Assembly (NCBI GenBank): GCA_019113665.1
Contig: DXGW01000006.1
Location: 1-34,083, forward strand
Direction: 5' to 3'
DNA from: Candidatus Alistipes excrementipullorum
GTDB taxonomy: Bacteria > Bacteroidota > Bacteroidia > Bacteroidales > Rikenellaceae
DNA length: 34,083 bases
Shown here: positions 6,866 through 16,762 of the stretch, one piece after another
Position numbering within the stretch: position 1 is the first letter of the stretch
Layout: the number at the start of each line of letters is the position of its first letter
Made by a program: the position numbers and the translations under genes
Notes under the pieces: model-generated
What the model was told of the DNA's origin: nothing
Seen by the model: the letters and a program-made list of their open reading frames with translations, nothing else
Database searches by the model: none

Positions 6866-8359
6866 ATGAAGTTCAAACCGGGAAACATATCCGCACGCCT
6901 CTCGCGTCTGCCGATGGTCAAGGCACTAATACCCCTGATCGCCGGCATCGTCTTCTTCGACAGTTTCGAGGCGGACGCTGAGGTCGTCTGGGGCTGTTTC
7001 CTGCTGTCGCTGCTCACGGCGGCAATAACCATACGCCGCAATGTCGGCTCGGCATATATCGTCGCGGCGATATTTTTCCTGGGCGGCGGGGCCGTCTCGC
7101 TCGGACGTTTCACCCCGGCACTGCCCTACGGCGAAATGCTCTTCATGGAGATCGAGGCCGACGAGACGGTCGTACCGCGCAGCAGCGGATACGGATCGAC
7201 TCCTGCGACCGTACGCACGGTCGAGACCCGCGACGGAATCACGGCCGTCGGGGAACGTATCATGTTGTGGTGCGACTCCACATTGACCGTCGGGGCCGGT
7301 GACCGCATCGCGTGCATCGGCCGTATCCGTCCATTCGACACCGGTTACCGCAGCTATGCACGCCTCATGTCACGGCGCGGGTTTGCCGGCACGCTCTTCC
7401 TCAACCGCGACGACGTAACCGGAATAGTGAAGGCCGAAAGCAACACCCTCCACACGTTCGCCGTCGAACGCCTGTCGAGGCTGAATCTCAAGGACGATGC
7501 CCTTGCCTCGGTCGGGGCCATGGCCGTCGGCGACCGGCGCCACCTGACCCCGGAACTGCGCAAGGCATATTCGCGCAGCGGCGCATCGCATGTGCTGGCC
7601 GTGTCGGGACTGCACGTCGGCATAATATTCATGCTGGCCAACACCCTGCTGCGCTGGGTGACGGCCATGCGGCACGGGCAGTCGATACGGGCCGTCGCCG
7701 TAATTATCCCGGTATGGCTCTATGCCGCCGCCTGCGGATTTCCGCCAAGCGTCATACGTGCCGCACTGATGTTCACGGTGCTGCAGGCGGCCGTGGCCTC
7801 GACGTCGACCTACGTCGGACTGAACACACTCGCCGCCGCAGCCTTCGCCATGCTGCTGTACGATGCCGACATGCTCTTCGACATAAGTTTCCAGCTCTCG
7901 TTCGTGGCCGTAGCGGCCATCATGCTGTGGGCCGTGCCCCTAAGCCGGCTGGCCGAAGGCCGCAACCGCGCAATCCGCATGCTCTGGGGCATGACGGCGG
8001 CAGGTGCGGCCGCCACCATAGCAACAGCACCGATAATATCGCACACCTTCGGGACGGTCTCTCTCGTCGGGCTGGCGGCAAACCCGCTGGTGATACTCTG
8101 CGCCAACATCACGGTCATCGCGGCGGCAATATGGATCGTCATGCCGGTGCCGTGGCTCGCCCCGCTCTTCGGCGGCATACTCGACATCACGGCACGCATA
8201 CAGAACGGTGCCGTCGAATGGCTCGCGTCGCTTCCGTGGGCCGCGGCCGAGGTGACCCTCCCGACATGGGCCGTAACCGTCTCCTACACGCTCATGACGG
8301 CGGCAACTCTGGCCGCATGGTGCATCGAACCCGAAAAAAAGGTAACTTTGCCACGATGA
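6866..8359 (+). CDS. comEC: ComEC/Rec2 family competence membrane protein (no C-terminal metallo-beta-lactamase domain)
   Basis: GASHVLAVSGLHVG, PSVIRA, SFQLSFVAV; N-terminal OB-like (DUF4131-type) region. Confidence 0.93.
   Translation: MKFKPGNISARLSRLPMVKALIPLIAGIVFFDSFEADAEVVWGCFLLSLLTAAITIRRNVGSAYIVAAIFFLGGGAVSLGRFTPALPYGEMLFMEIEADETVVPRSSGYGSTPATVRTVETRDGITAVGERIMLWCDSTLTVGAGDRIACIGRIRPFDTGYRSYARLMSRRGFAGTLFLNRDDVTGIVKAESNTLHTFAVERLSRLNLKDDALASVGAMAVGDRRHLTPELRKAYSRSGASHVLAVSGLHVGIIFMLANTLLRWVTAMRHGQSIRAVAVIIPVWLYAAACGFPPSVIRAALMFTVLQAAVASTSTYVGLNTLAAAAFAMLLYDADMLFDISFQLSFVAVAAIMLWAVPLSRLAEGRNRAIRMLWGMTAAGAAATIATAPIISHTFGTVSLVGLAANPLVILCANITVIAAAIWIVMPVPWLAPLFGGILDITARIQNGAVEWLASLPWAAAEVTLPTWAVTVSYTLMTAATLAAWCIEPEKKVTLPR
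8343..8350 (+). promoter_or_regulatory. -7 promoter element inside comEC 3' end
   Basis: TAACTTTG ending 5 nt before ATG 8356, preceded by an A-tract. Confidence 0.5.
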
Positions 8360-9507
8360 TCACACGCGAACAATACGAACTGCTCTGCCGCGACGACGTA
8401 CGCGGCGACATCGACCGCTGCATCGACCGCGACCCGATAGAGACGGCCCTCGACAAACGGCTGCCGCACGCCGCCGAAGTTGCGTCGCAGGTAAAGTACC
8501 TGCAGCGCGCAAGGCGCAAGCTGCCCGAATGGTACAGGGCGCGGTGCATAATACCGGCACTGGCCTTCGAACAGTCGTCGAGCTGCGACTGCGCCGCCCA
8601 CAAGGAGCCCGAAGGCGAAACGGCCCTCGACCTGACATGCGGGCTCGGCGTCGACTCGTTCTACCTGTCGAAACGCTTTGCGCATGTCACGGCCGTCGAG
8701 CGCGACCCCGTGCTGGCCGACGTCGCACGCGAGAATTTCCGACGTCTCGGTGCCGACAACATCGAGGTCGTATGCGCATCGGCCGAGGAGTTCATCGCCC
8801 GCACCGAAGGGCACTACGACTGGTGTTATGCCGATCCCGACCGGCGCGGACCGCACGGCGAGAAGCTGGTGCGGCTGGAGGAGTGTTCGCCCGACATCAC
8901 GGCCCTCATGCCCGCGATACGCATGCGGGCCGACCGCGTCTGCATCAAGGCGTCGCCCATGTTCGACATCGACGAGGCCTTCCGGATCTTCGGGCAGTGC
9001 CGTGTCGAGGCGGTGTCGCTCGGCGACGAGTGCAAGGAGGTGCTCGTCTACATCGACGGCAGCGGTCCGTCGGTCACGGCCACGGCACTGGGCAGGGGTT
9101 CGTTCACGGTGCCGCGCGACGGAAGCCCCGAACCGGCCGCACCCGCCTCATTCCGCCGCGAGGAGTACGTCCGGCTGCTGATTCCCGACGTCGCACTGCA
9201 GAAGACAAGGCTGGCACGGTGCTATCTCGACGGCCGCGCCGACATCTGGAGCGACAACGGATACGGTTTCGCCACCGCCGAAGCCGACACGCCCCTGTGC
9301 CGCCAGGAGGAGATCGCCTCGATCGAACGCTACGACCCGCGAAAGCTGCGGCGCGAGATGAAGGGCCGGGGCATCGAGATCCTCAAACGCGAATTCCCGG
9401 TCGCAACGCATCGCATCGCCGCCGCACTGGGCGTACGCGAAGGGGGCGGCGAACGCGTGGCATTCACCTCGGTCGGAGGCGAATTTTTGGTTATACGGTT
9501 AAAATAA
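8356..9507 (+). CDS. Class I SAM-dependent methyltransferase (Bacteroidetes THUMP-like family)
   Basis: True start is ATG 8356 (ATGA overlap with comEC stop); AFEQSSS, LDLTCGLGVD motif I, YADPDRR, IKASPMFD. Confidence 0.85.
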   Translation: MITREQYELLCRDDVRGDIDRCIDRDPIETALDKRLPHAAEVASQVKYLQRARRKLPEWYRARCIIPALAFEQSSSCDCAAHKEPEGETALDLTCGLGVDSFYLSKRFAHVTAVERDPVLADVARENFRRLGADNIEVVCASAEEFIARTEGHYDWCYADPDRRGPHGEKLVRLEECSPDITALMPAIRMRADRVCIKASPMFDIDEAFRIFGQCRVEAVSLGDECKEVLVYIDGSGPSVTATALGRGSFTVPRDGSPEPAAPASFRREEYVRLLIPDVALQKTRLARCYLDGRADIWSDNGYGFATAEADTPLCRQEEIASIERYDPRKLRREMKGRGIEILKREFPVATHRIAAALGVREGGGERVAFTSVGGEFLVIRLK

Positions 9508-9509
9508 AC

Positions 9510-9517
9510 TACCTTTG
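9510..9517 (+). promoter_or_regulatory. -7 promoter element for the yihY operon
   Basis: TACCTTTG in an AT-rich intergenic gap. Confidence 0.55.
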
Positions 9518-9545
9518 GTAGTCGATTTGCGTTGGTTGGGAAGTC

Positions 9546-10859
9546 ATGGCACTCAAAAAAATAGCAGAATTCTTCACCGATACCGTATTCCACAAGGAGT
9601 TCGGGTCGTCGTGGCTCAACTGGCTCGCACGCCAGTACCGCCTCTTCTTCTACACGGCCCGCGGCCTGCAGGAGCACGGGACGGTCGTGCGCTGCGCAGC
9701 ACTCACCTTCTACACGCTCGTCTCGATAGTCCCCATTCTGGCCGTGGTCTTCGCCATAATGAAGGGCTTCGGGTTCATCGACAAACTTATCGAAAACCTC
9801 TACGCACTCTTCCCGCAGAACCCCGACATCATCGACTATATCGTCCGGTTCGCCGACAAGGCCCTGATGAACACCCGCGGAGGCGTGGTGGCGGCCGTCG
9901 GCGTGGCCACGTTGTTCTGGGCCGTGATACGCGTCTTCGGCTCGATCGAGAACGCCTTCAACAACATCTGGGAAGTCACCTCCTCGCGCAGCATCACGCG
10001 CCGGTACTCGGACTATATCGCCGTCGTGGTGGTCGTGCCGGTGCTCTGGATCGTGGCCAACGGCGTGGGCTCGTATGCACAGGAGCTGCTCGGCCTCGAA
10101 GAATCATCGTGGCTGCAGGCCGTATCGCACATCGTCTCGATCGTGGTGATGTGGGTGATGTTCTCGTTCCTCTACTTCGTGATACCCAACACGACCGTGC
10201 GCTTCGGCAGCGCCTTGACCGCCGGAATCATAGCCGGAACGTCGTTCATGCTCTTCCAGTGGGGTTATGTCTGGCTGCAGAAGTTCATGACCTCGTACAA
10301 CGCCATATACGGCAGTTTCGCAGCCCTGCCGCTCTTCCTGATCTGGGTGCAGATATCGTGGGAGATACTCCTCTTCGGCGGCGAACTCTCGTTCGCATAC
10401 CAGAACATCGACAAGTTCGACGAGGAGCGCGAATCGCTCCACATAAGCTACGACAGCCGCCGCAAGGTGATGATCGCGGCGATGATCGCCGTGGTCCGCA
10501 ACTTCGCCGAAGGCAACGGGGCCATGTCGCTCTCGCAGGTGCGGCAGCGCCTCAACCTGCCCACGCGAATAGTCAACTCGGTGCTCTACTCGCTCGTCGA
10601 CGCCGGGCTGCTCATCGAACTGCCGGCCGAGGGCAAAGGCTACGAAACGAAATTCGTGCCGGCGAAGGATACCGCCTCGTTCACCGTCTACGGGATTCTC
10701 GAAGCGGTCGAGCACACCGGCGACACGGATATGGAGATGCAGTCGAGCGACGAGCTGCGCACGGCGGACCGCGTTCTCGAACAGCTCAAGCGCATAGTCA
10801 GGGAATCGGGCAGCGACCCGCTGCTCTCGGATATGAAAGGAGGCAGACATGACAAATAG
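9546..10859 (+). CDS. YihY/BrkB family membrane protein with C-terminal winged-helix extension
   Basis: AALTFYTLVSIVP, IENAFNNIW, YNAIYGSFAALPLFLIW. Confidence 0.92.
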   Translation: MALKKIAEFFTDTVFHKEFGSSWLNWLARQYRLFFYTARGLQEHGTVVRCAALTFYTLVSIVPILAVVFAIMKGFGFIDKLIENLYALFPQNPDIIDYIVRFADKALMNTRGGVVAAVGVATLFWAVIRVFGSIENAFNNIWEVTSSRSITRRYSDYIAVVVVVPVLWIVANGVGSYAQELLGLEESSWLQAVSHIVSIVVMWVMFSFLYFVIPNTTVRFGSALTAGIIAGTSFMLFQWGYVWLQKFMTSYNAIYGSFAALPLFLIWVQISWEILLFGGELSFAYQNIDKFDEERESLHISYDSRRKVMIAAMIAVVRNFAEGNGAMSLSQVRQRLNLPTRIVNSVLYSLVDAGLLIELPAEGKGYETKFVPAKDTASFTVYGILEAVEHTGDTDMEMQSSDELRTADRVLEQLKRIVRESGSDPLLSDMKGGRHDK

Positions 10860-11631
10860 CGCCGTAATAATAGGGAGCGGAAACGTGGCCGAGGCCTTCG
10901 CCCGCGCACTGCCGGCCTGCGGAATCGAGGTGCGGCAGATCTTCGCCCGCAATGCGGGACGCGGAGAGGCGGTGGCGGCACTGGCCGGCTGCGGGTGGAC
11001 CGACGACCCGGCACACCTGGCCGCAGCCGACATCTACATCACGGCCGTGAGCGACTCGTCGATAGGCAGCGTACTCGACCCGCTCACCATTCCCGCAACC
11101 GCAGTCGTGGTACACACGGCCGGCGCCCAGCCCGTGGAGGCCATACCGGCGCATTTCGCCCGCAGGGGCGTACTCTACCCGCTGCAGACATTCACGGCGG
11201 GACGCAAGGTCGATTTCGGCGCCATACCGTTCTTCATCGAGGCTTCGGACCCGGCGACGCTCGCCGCCATACGCGAAGTGGCCTCGCGCCTGAGTTGCCA
11301 CGTCTTCGACTCGACGTCGGAGAGCCGCGCCGAAGTGCATCTGGCCGGAGTCTTCGCCTGCAACTTCGTCAACGCGCTCTACGGCATAGGCCAGGAGATG
11401 ATGGCACGCGCCGGAGCGCCGTTCGAGGGCCTTGTGCCGCTGATCGTGGAGACCGCACGCAAGGCCGCCGACAGCGGAGACCCCGCTGCCGTGCAGACAG
11501 GGCCCGCACGCCGTCACGACACCACGACCATGCAGCGCCACATAGCCCTGCTCGACGGCAACGGGAGACTGAAAAACATATACGAACTGATGAGTCAAGA
11601 GATATGGGAGAAAACTTCAAGGAGAAATTAG
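10849..11631 (+). CDS. Rossmann-like and DUF2520 domain protein
   Basis: IIGSGNVA, YPLQTF, HLAGVFACNF, QTGPARRHD. Confidence 0.9.
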   Translation: MTNSAVIIGSGNVAEAFARALPACGIEVRQIFARNAGRGEAVAALAGCGWTDDPAHLAAADIYITAVSDSSIGSVLDPLTIPATAVVVHTAGAQPVEAIPAHFARRGVLYPLQTFTAGRKVDFGAIPFFIEASDPATLAAIREVASRLSCHVFDSTSESRAEVHLAGVFACNFVNALYGIGQEMMARAGAPFEGLVPLIVETARKAADSGDPAAVQTGPARRHDTTTMQRHIALLDGNGRLKNIYELMSQEIWEKTSRRN

Positions 11632-12152
11632 CACGCGTCGAGGCCTTCGTCTTCGACGTCGACGGCGTCATGACCGACGGCGGGATAATGCCCCTGCCCG
11701 ACGGTGACTTCGTGCGCCGCTACTACGCCAAGGACGGATACGCCATTTCGTACGCCATAAAGCACGGCTACAAGGTCTGCGTCATAACCGGCGGTTTCGG
11801 GGCCACGCTGCTCTCGCGCATGAAGCGGCTGGGCGTCGAGTACCTCTACCACAACTGCATGGACAAGATCGCCGCCATCGACGACTTCTGCCGGCGTGCG
11901 GGCGTCAACATCGAGAACACGATATACATGGGCGACGACATTCCCGACCTGGAGTGCATGCGCAAGGTCGGCATACCGGTATGTCCGGCCGACGCCTGCG
12001 CCGAGGTGGTCGAGGCCGCCTGCTACGTATCGCAGTTCGGCGGCGGTTACGGCTGCGTGCGCGACATCATCGAGCAGGTGCTGCGCGCCCACGGCACATG
12101 GGCCCTCGACTCGAAAGGAACAATATGCGACGACAGCGTTGCTTCAAGATAA
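11604..12152 (+). CDS. kdsC: KdsC/YrbI family HAD phosphatase
   Basis: FDVDGVMTDG, YMGDDIPD, GGYGCVRDIIE; start ATG 11604. Confidence 0.85.
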   Translation: MGENFKEKLARVEAFVFDVDGVMTDGGIMPLPDGDFVRRYYAKDGYAISYAIKHGYKVCVITGGFGATLLSRMKRLGVEYLYHNCMDKIAAIDDFCRRAGVNIENTIYMGDDIPDLECMRKVGIPVCPADACAEVVEAACYVSQFGGGYGCVRDIIEQVLRAHGTWALDSKGTICDDSVASR

Positions 12153-12186
12153 CACGGAACAACAAACATCAAAAAAACGAACAACC

Positions 12187-13476
12187 ATGTCAGAGAAAAA
12201 ACTGCGTTTCGAAACGCTGCAGATACACGGCGGGTACAGTGTCGACGACACCGGCTCGCGCGGCGCGGCCATCTACCCCACCGCCGCATACCACTTCAAG
12301 ACGTGCGACTATGCCGCACGCCTGTTCGAACTCAAGGAGTTCGGCAACATCTACACGCGCCTGCAGAACCCCACGACCTCGTCGTACGAGGAGCGTATCG
12401 CCGCCCTCGAAGGTGGTGTCGGTGCACTGGCCGTGGCTTCGGGCATGTCGGCACAGCTCATAGCCCTCACGTCGCTGGCAGACTGCGGCGACAACATCGT
12501 GGCGTCGCCCTACCTCTATGGCGGCACCTTCAACCAGTTCAAGATCACGTTCCGCAAGCTGGGCATCGACTGCCGCCTCGGCCATGACGACAGCGTCGCC
12601 GAACTCGAACGGCTCATCGACGACCGCACCAAGGCCATCTACGTCGAAGCCATGAGCAACCCCGGCTGCAGCGTACCCGACCTCGAGGGTCTCGCCGATC
12701 TGGCCCGCCGCTACGACGTGCCCCTTGTCGTGGACAACACATTCGGTGCAGGCGGCTACCTCTGCCGGCCCATCGAATGGGGCGCCAACATCGTCGTGGA
12801 GTCGGCCACCAAGTGGATCAACGGCCACGGCACGGCCATGGGCGGCGTCATAGTCGACGCCGGCAACTACAACTGGAACAACGGCAAGTTCCCCGCAATC
12901 AGCGGCCCCTCGGAGGGTTACCACGGCCTGAACTTCTACGAGACATTCGGCAACATGGCCTATATCGTCAAGTGCCGCGTCGACGGACTGCGCGACCTCG
13001 GCTGCTCGCCCTCGGCCTTCGACTCGTTCCTCATGAAAATAGGTCTGGAGACCCTCTCGATGCGCGTGAAGCACGAAGTAGAGTCGACGAAACGCCTGGC
13101 CGAGTATTTCCGCAGCCACCCGCTCGTCGAGCGCGTAAAATACGTCGGCTTCGAGGACGACCCCTCGCATGCAAATGCAGCCAAATATTTCCGTTTCGGT
13201 GCCGGAGCCGTGCTGAACGTCGAGCTGAAGGGCTCGCTCGAGTCGACCGTACGCTTCGTCGAGGCCCTCAAACTCGTGGGCAACATGACCATGATCGGCG
13301 ACTCGATAACCGTAGTGACGCACCCCGCATCGACAACCCACAAACAACTCAGCGACGAAGACAAGCGCGCCACGGGCATAACCCCGACGCTGCTGCGCAT
13401 ATCGGCCGGACTCGAGAACGTCGAGGACATAATCGACGACTTCGAACAGGCCTTCGCCGTGGCATTCGAGAAGTAA
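12187..13476 (+). CDS. metY: O-acetylhomoserine sulfhydrylase (Cys/Met PLP family)
   Basis: [33 protein letters not shown] (PLP lysine), LRISAGLE; start ATG 12187. Confidence 0.93.
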   Translation: MSEKKLRFETLQIHGGYSVDDTGSRGAAIYPTAAYHFKTCDYAARLFELKEFGNIYTRLQNPTTSSYEERIAALEGGVGALAVASGMSAQLIALTSLADCGDNIVASPYLYGGTFNQFKITFRKLGIDCRLGHDDSVAELERLIDDRTKAIYVEAMSNPGCSVPDLEGLADLARRYDVPLVVDNTFGAGGYLCRPIEWGANIVVESATKWINGHGTAMGGVIVDAGNYNWNNGKFPAISGPSEGYHGLNFYETFGNMAYIVKCRVDGLRDLGCSPSAFDSFLMKIGLETLSMRVKHEVESTKRLAEYFRSHPLVERVKYVGFEDDPSHANAAKYFRFGAGAVLNVELKGSLESTVRFVEALKLVGNMTMIGDSITVVTHPASTTHKQLSDEDKRATGITPTLLRISAGLENVEDIIDDFEQAFAVAFEK

Positions 13477-13480
13477 CGGC

Positions 13481-14503
13481 ATGATAAGGTACGAACATTT
13501 CGACGGTCCGCTGCAACTCGAAGGCGGCGGCGTGCTGCCCGAAGTGACGGTGGCATACTCGACATACGGGGAGCTGTCGCCCGCCCGCGACAACGTCATC
13601 TGGGTATGCCACGCCCTGACCGCAAACTCCGAAGTGGCCGAATGGTGGGAACATACGGTCGAAGAGGGCAAGTTCCTCGACCCGGCGAAATATTTCGTCG
13701 TCTGCGCCAACTTCCTCGGCTCGCACTACGGCACGACCGGTCCGCTCAGCATCAACCCCGCCACCGGCGAGAAGTGGTACGGCGACTTCCCGCAGATCAC
13801 CGTGCGCGACATGGTACGCTGCCACCGCATGCTGGCCGAAAGGCTCGGCATCGAGCATGTCGAGCTGCTCATCGGCAGCTCGATCGGCGGTTTCCAGTGT
13901 CTGGAGTGGGCGGTCGAATGCCCCGACTTCGCACGCCGCGCGGCATTCATAGCCACGGCCGTGCGCTCGACACCGTGGATCACCGCCTTCAACGAGTCGC
14001 AGCGCTGGGCCATCGAGATCGACCCAACGTTCGGGCAGCGCAGCGACGAGGCCGGCATCGACGGCATGGCCGTAGCCCGCAGCATAGCCCTGATGAGCTA
14101 TCGCGGGGGACTGGCCTACGACCGCACGCAGCAGGACCCCGACCACGGGAAGCTCTCGGGATTCCGCGTCTGCTCGTACCAGCGCCACCAGGGCGAGAAG
14201 CTCCGCCGGCGGTTCAACGCCTACTCCTACTACCGCATCTCGCAGGCGGTCGACTCGCACGACCTGGCCCGCGGGCGCGGCGGCGACGTCGAGAAGGTGC
14301 TGGCCGGGGTCAAGGCCGACTGCCTGGTCGTGGCCATAACCTCGGACATACTCTTCCCGCCCGAGGGTCACGACGTCATGGTGCGTGCGCTGCCCCGCGT
14401 CGAATACCATCTCATAGATTCGGATTTCGGCCATGACGGCTTCCTGGTCGAACACCGACAACTCAACGACATTATCCAGCGATTCATGAACAAACCACTA
14501 TGA
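13481..14503 (+). CDS. metX: Homoserine O-acetyltransferase
   Basis: VCHALTANS, GSSIGG nucleophile elbow, SDILFP, FGHDGFLVE. Confidence 0.93.
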   Translation: MIRYEHFDGPLQLEGGGVLPEVTVAYSTYGELSPARDNVIWVCHALTANSEVAEWWEHTVEEGKFLDPAKYFVVCANFLGSHYGTTGPLSINPATGEKWYGDFPQITVRDMVRCHRMLAERLGIEHVELLIGSSIGGFQCLEWAVECPDFARRAAFIATAVRSTPWITAFNESQRWAIEIDPTFGQRSDEAGIDGMAVARSIALMSYRGGLAYDRTQQDPDHGKLSGFRVCSYQRHQGEKLRRRFNAYSYYRISQAVDSHDLARGRGGDVEKVLAGVKADCLVVAITSDILFPPEGHDVMVRALPRVEYHLIDSDFGHDGFLVEHRQLNDIIQRFMNKPL

Positions 14504-15687
14504 AACGAGTACTCAACATCGGACTCTTCGGCTTCGGGACGGTCGGTCGCGGCCTCTACGACGTACTTGAGGAGACGCGGCTCAAGGAGGCGCGGATAAA
14601 ACGCATCTGCGTGCGCAACATCAACAAGCAGCGCGGCGTCGAGGCCGACTTCACGGACAACCCCGACGACATCTTCAACGACCCGGACATCAACCTCATC
14701 GTCGAACTCATCGACGACGCCGAAGCGTCGTACACCATCGTCAAACGGGCACTCGAACGCGGCCTGCCGGTGGTCACCGGCAACAAGAAGATGCTCGCCT
14801 ACCACCTCGAGGAGCTCGTCGAAATACAGCGCCGCACATCGGCTCCGCTGCTCTACGACGCCTCGGCATGCGGCAGCATTCCCGTAATCCGCAACCTCGA
14901 GGAGTACTACGACAACGACCTGCTCATATCGGTCAAGGGTATCCTCAACGGCTCGTCGAACTTCATTCTCTCGAAGATATTCAACGAGAACATGTCCTAC
15001 CCCGACGCCCTGCGACTGGCCCAGGAACTCGGCTTCGCCGAATCGGACCCCTCGCTCGACATCGACGGCTTCGACTCGCTCTTCAAGCTGATAATCATCA
15101 CGCTCCACGCCTTCGGACGCTACGTCTCGCCCGAACGCATATTCGTCTACGGAATATCGACCATGAACGACGACGACATACGCTTTGCCACGGAGAAGGA
15201 GCGCCGCATAAAGCTCGTCGCCCATGTCGAGAAACTCGAGAGCGGCAACATCATGATGAGCGTAATACCGCAGCTCATCTCGCGCGACAAGTACATCTAC
15301 AGCGTCGAGGACGAGTTCAACGGCGTGGTAATCAAGGGCAAGTTCTACTACAAGCAGTTCATGTTCGGCCGCGGCGCCGGCGGCTACCCCACGGGGTCGG
15401 CCGTGCTGAGCGACATCATGGCCTGCTTCTACAACTACAAGTACGAATACAAGAAACTCAACGCCGACGTGGTGCCCGAATACACCGACGACTATACGTT
15501 CCGCATCTACCTGCGCTACTCGTCGGACGAGGACCTCGCCCTGTTCAACTTCCTGCGCATACGCGAGAAGTACGTGAGCGAAACCTCGAAATATATCGTC
15601 GGGGACGTGCGTCTTGCCGACCTCTGCCGTGTCAAGGAGCAGTTGCGCGGGCGCAACATCTTCCTGGCGGCATATCCCGAGGATTGA
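14500..15687 (+). CDS. hom: Homoserine dehydrogenase
   Basis: GFGTVG, VVTGNK, GILNGSSNFIL, AQELGFAESDP, GRGAGGYPTGSAV. Confidence 0.93.
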   Translation: MKRVLNIGLFGFGTVGRGLYDVLEETRLKEARIKRICVRNINKQRGVEADFTDNPDDIFNDPDINLIVELIDDAEASYTIVKRALERGLPVVTGNKKMLAYHLEELVEIQRRTSAPLLYDASACGSIPVIRNLEEYYDNDLLISVKGILNGSSNFILSKIFNENMSYPDALRLAQELGFAESDPSLDIDGFDSLFKLIIITLHAFGRYVSPERIFVYGISTMNDDDIRFATEKERRIKLVAHVEKLESGNIMMSVIPQLISRDKYIYSVEDEFNGVVIKGKFYYKQFMFGRGAGGYPTGSAVLSDIMACFYNYKYEYKKLNADVVPEYTDDYTFRIYLRYSSDEDLALFNFLRIREKYVSETSKYIVGDVRLADLCRVKEQLRGRNIFLAAYPED

Positions 15688-15712
15688 TCGATGCCGGCGG
15701 CGGCATGATGTG

Positions 15713-15747
15713 CGGCGGGGCCCTCTTTTCGACAGAGAGCCCCGCCG
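15713..15747. terminator. GC-rich hairpin between convergent genes, likely terminator
   Basis: CGGCGGGGCCCTCT/AGAGAGCCCCGCCG with one mismatch; weak U-tracts. Confidence 0.5.
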
Positions 15748-15847
15748 TTATGCAGGCAGCGCAGGTTTTCGTCCCCGGCGGAGATGCGCCCACGCCCGCA
15801 GAGGCCCGTCTCACGTACTGTGGGGCGCAAGAATCCGCCCCGGCACG

Positions 15848-16762
15848 CTATTCGGCCGTGATATAGCGTGCCCGCAGGTCGGGATAGATGTCGGGAATGG
15901 TGAGCATGATGCCCGTCTCCTCGACACCGCCGAAATCGGGGTTGGCGACCGTGTCGAAGACCCGCATCGTGGGCGACAGACGCATGTAGGAGCTTATCAT
16001 GGGCGGGATACGCTCGTCGTACTCGCGGATCTTGCGCACGAGTATGCGGTAGTTCTCCTCGTAGGTGCTGCCCGAAAAGAGAGCCTCGAAGTCGCAGCCG
16101 CCGCTGCCGTCCTCCAGCGGGCGGCGCGCCGTGACCAGATGCTCGCGGTCGGGGAAAAAGCGCCGCAGGAAATAGAAGAGCATGTCGCGCGCAGCACGCT
16201 TGCACGAGGCGTAGACCGTAACCTTGCCGAAGAGGTAGCGCACCTGAGGATTGCGGCGCACGACGGCCCCGAGGCCGTCCCACAGGTTGTCGAGGGCGCA
16301 GATGCTCTTGGGGTTGTTGCGCACCTGGTACGACACCTGCACGAACGAGCGCCCGAGCTCTATGGTGCGGGGCAGGAAGTTGCGGCGGAAACGCTCGCTG
16401 AAACGGAAATAGTGCTCGGTCGAGAGGTGGCGCGGACGTTCGCCGCGGCAAATTATGTAGCGGTAGCCGCCCACGATCTCACGGGCAGCGGGATCCCACA
16501 CTATGAGCTGGCGGTAACCGCCCACGGCCCTGTCGTCGGCGTCGATGTCGACGCTGCGGCCCGTACCGCCGCCCGCAGCACGGAAAGCCTCCTCGCGCAG
16601 GCGCCCCACCTCGCGCATGAGCCACGGGCATTCGGCAGCGGTGAACGTGTAGACCTCGTTGCCGCCGCGCCGCGTCGTGCACAGCAGCCGTTCGGGCGAG
16701 AGCTCGGCTTCGAGCATCTCTCGCGCCACGGGGTCGATTATCATCTCTCTGCAACCGGTCAT
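15848..16762 (-). CDS. GNAT (Acetyltransf_5) N-acyltransferase, GlsB/OlsB-like
   Basis: EVGRLREEAFRAAGGG, QLIVWD..EIVGGYR, IELGRSFV, LWDGLG, YLFGKV, IPPMISSY. Confidence 0.85.
   Translation of the reverse strand: MTGCREMIIDPVAREMLEAELSPERLLCTTRRGGNEVYTFTAAECPWLMREVGRLREEAFRAAGGGTGRSVDIDADDRAVGGYRQLIVWDPAAREIVGGYRYIICRGERPRHLSTEHYFRFSERFRRNFLPRTIELGRSFVQVSYQVRNNPKSICALDNLWDGLGAVVRRNPQVRYLFGKVTVYASCKRAARDMLFYFLRRFFPDREHLVTARRPLEDGSGGCDFEALFSGSTYEENYRILVRKIREYDERIPPMISSYMRLSPTMRVFDTVANPDFGGVEETGIMLTIPDIYPDLRARYITAE

Noticed and set aside
7312-8355. 731-aa ORF as a fusion protein
   Set aside because: The first ~350 aa are an off-frame shadow of comEC; the real gene starts at 8356.
6866-8359. 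Functional link between comEC and the GTA-like operon
   Set aside because: ComEC is needed for RcGTA DNA uptake, but it is near-universal in Bacteroidota and lies 19 kb away, so proximity is not evidence.
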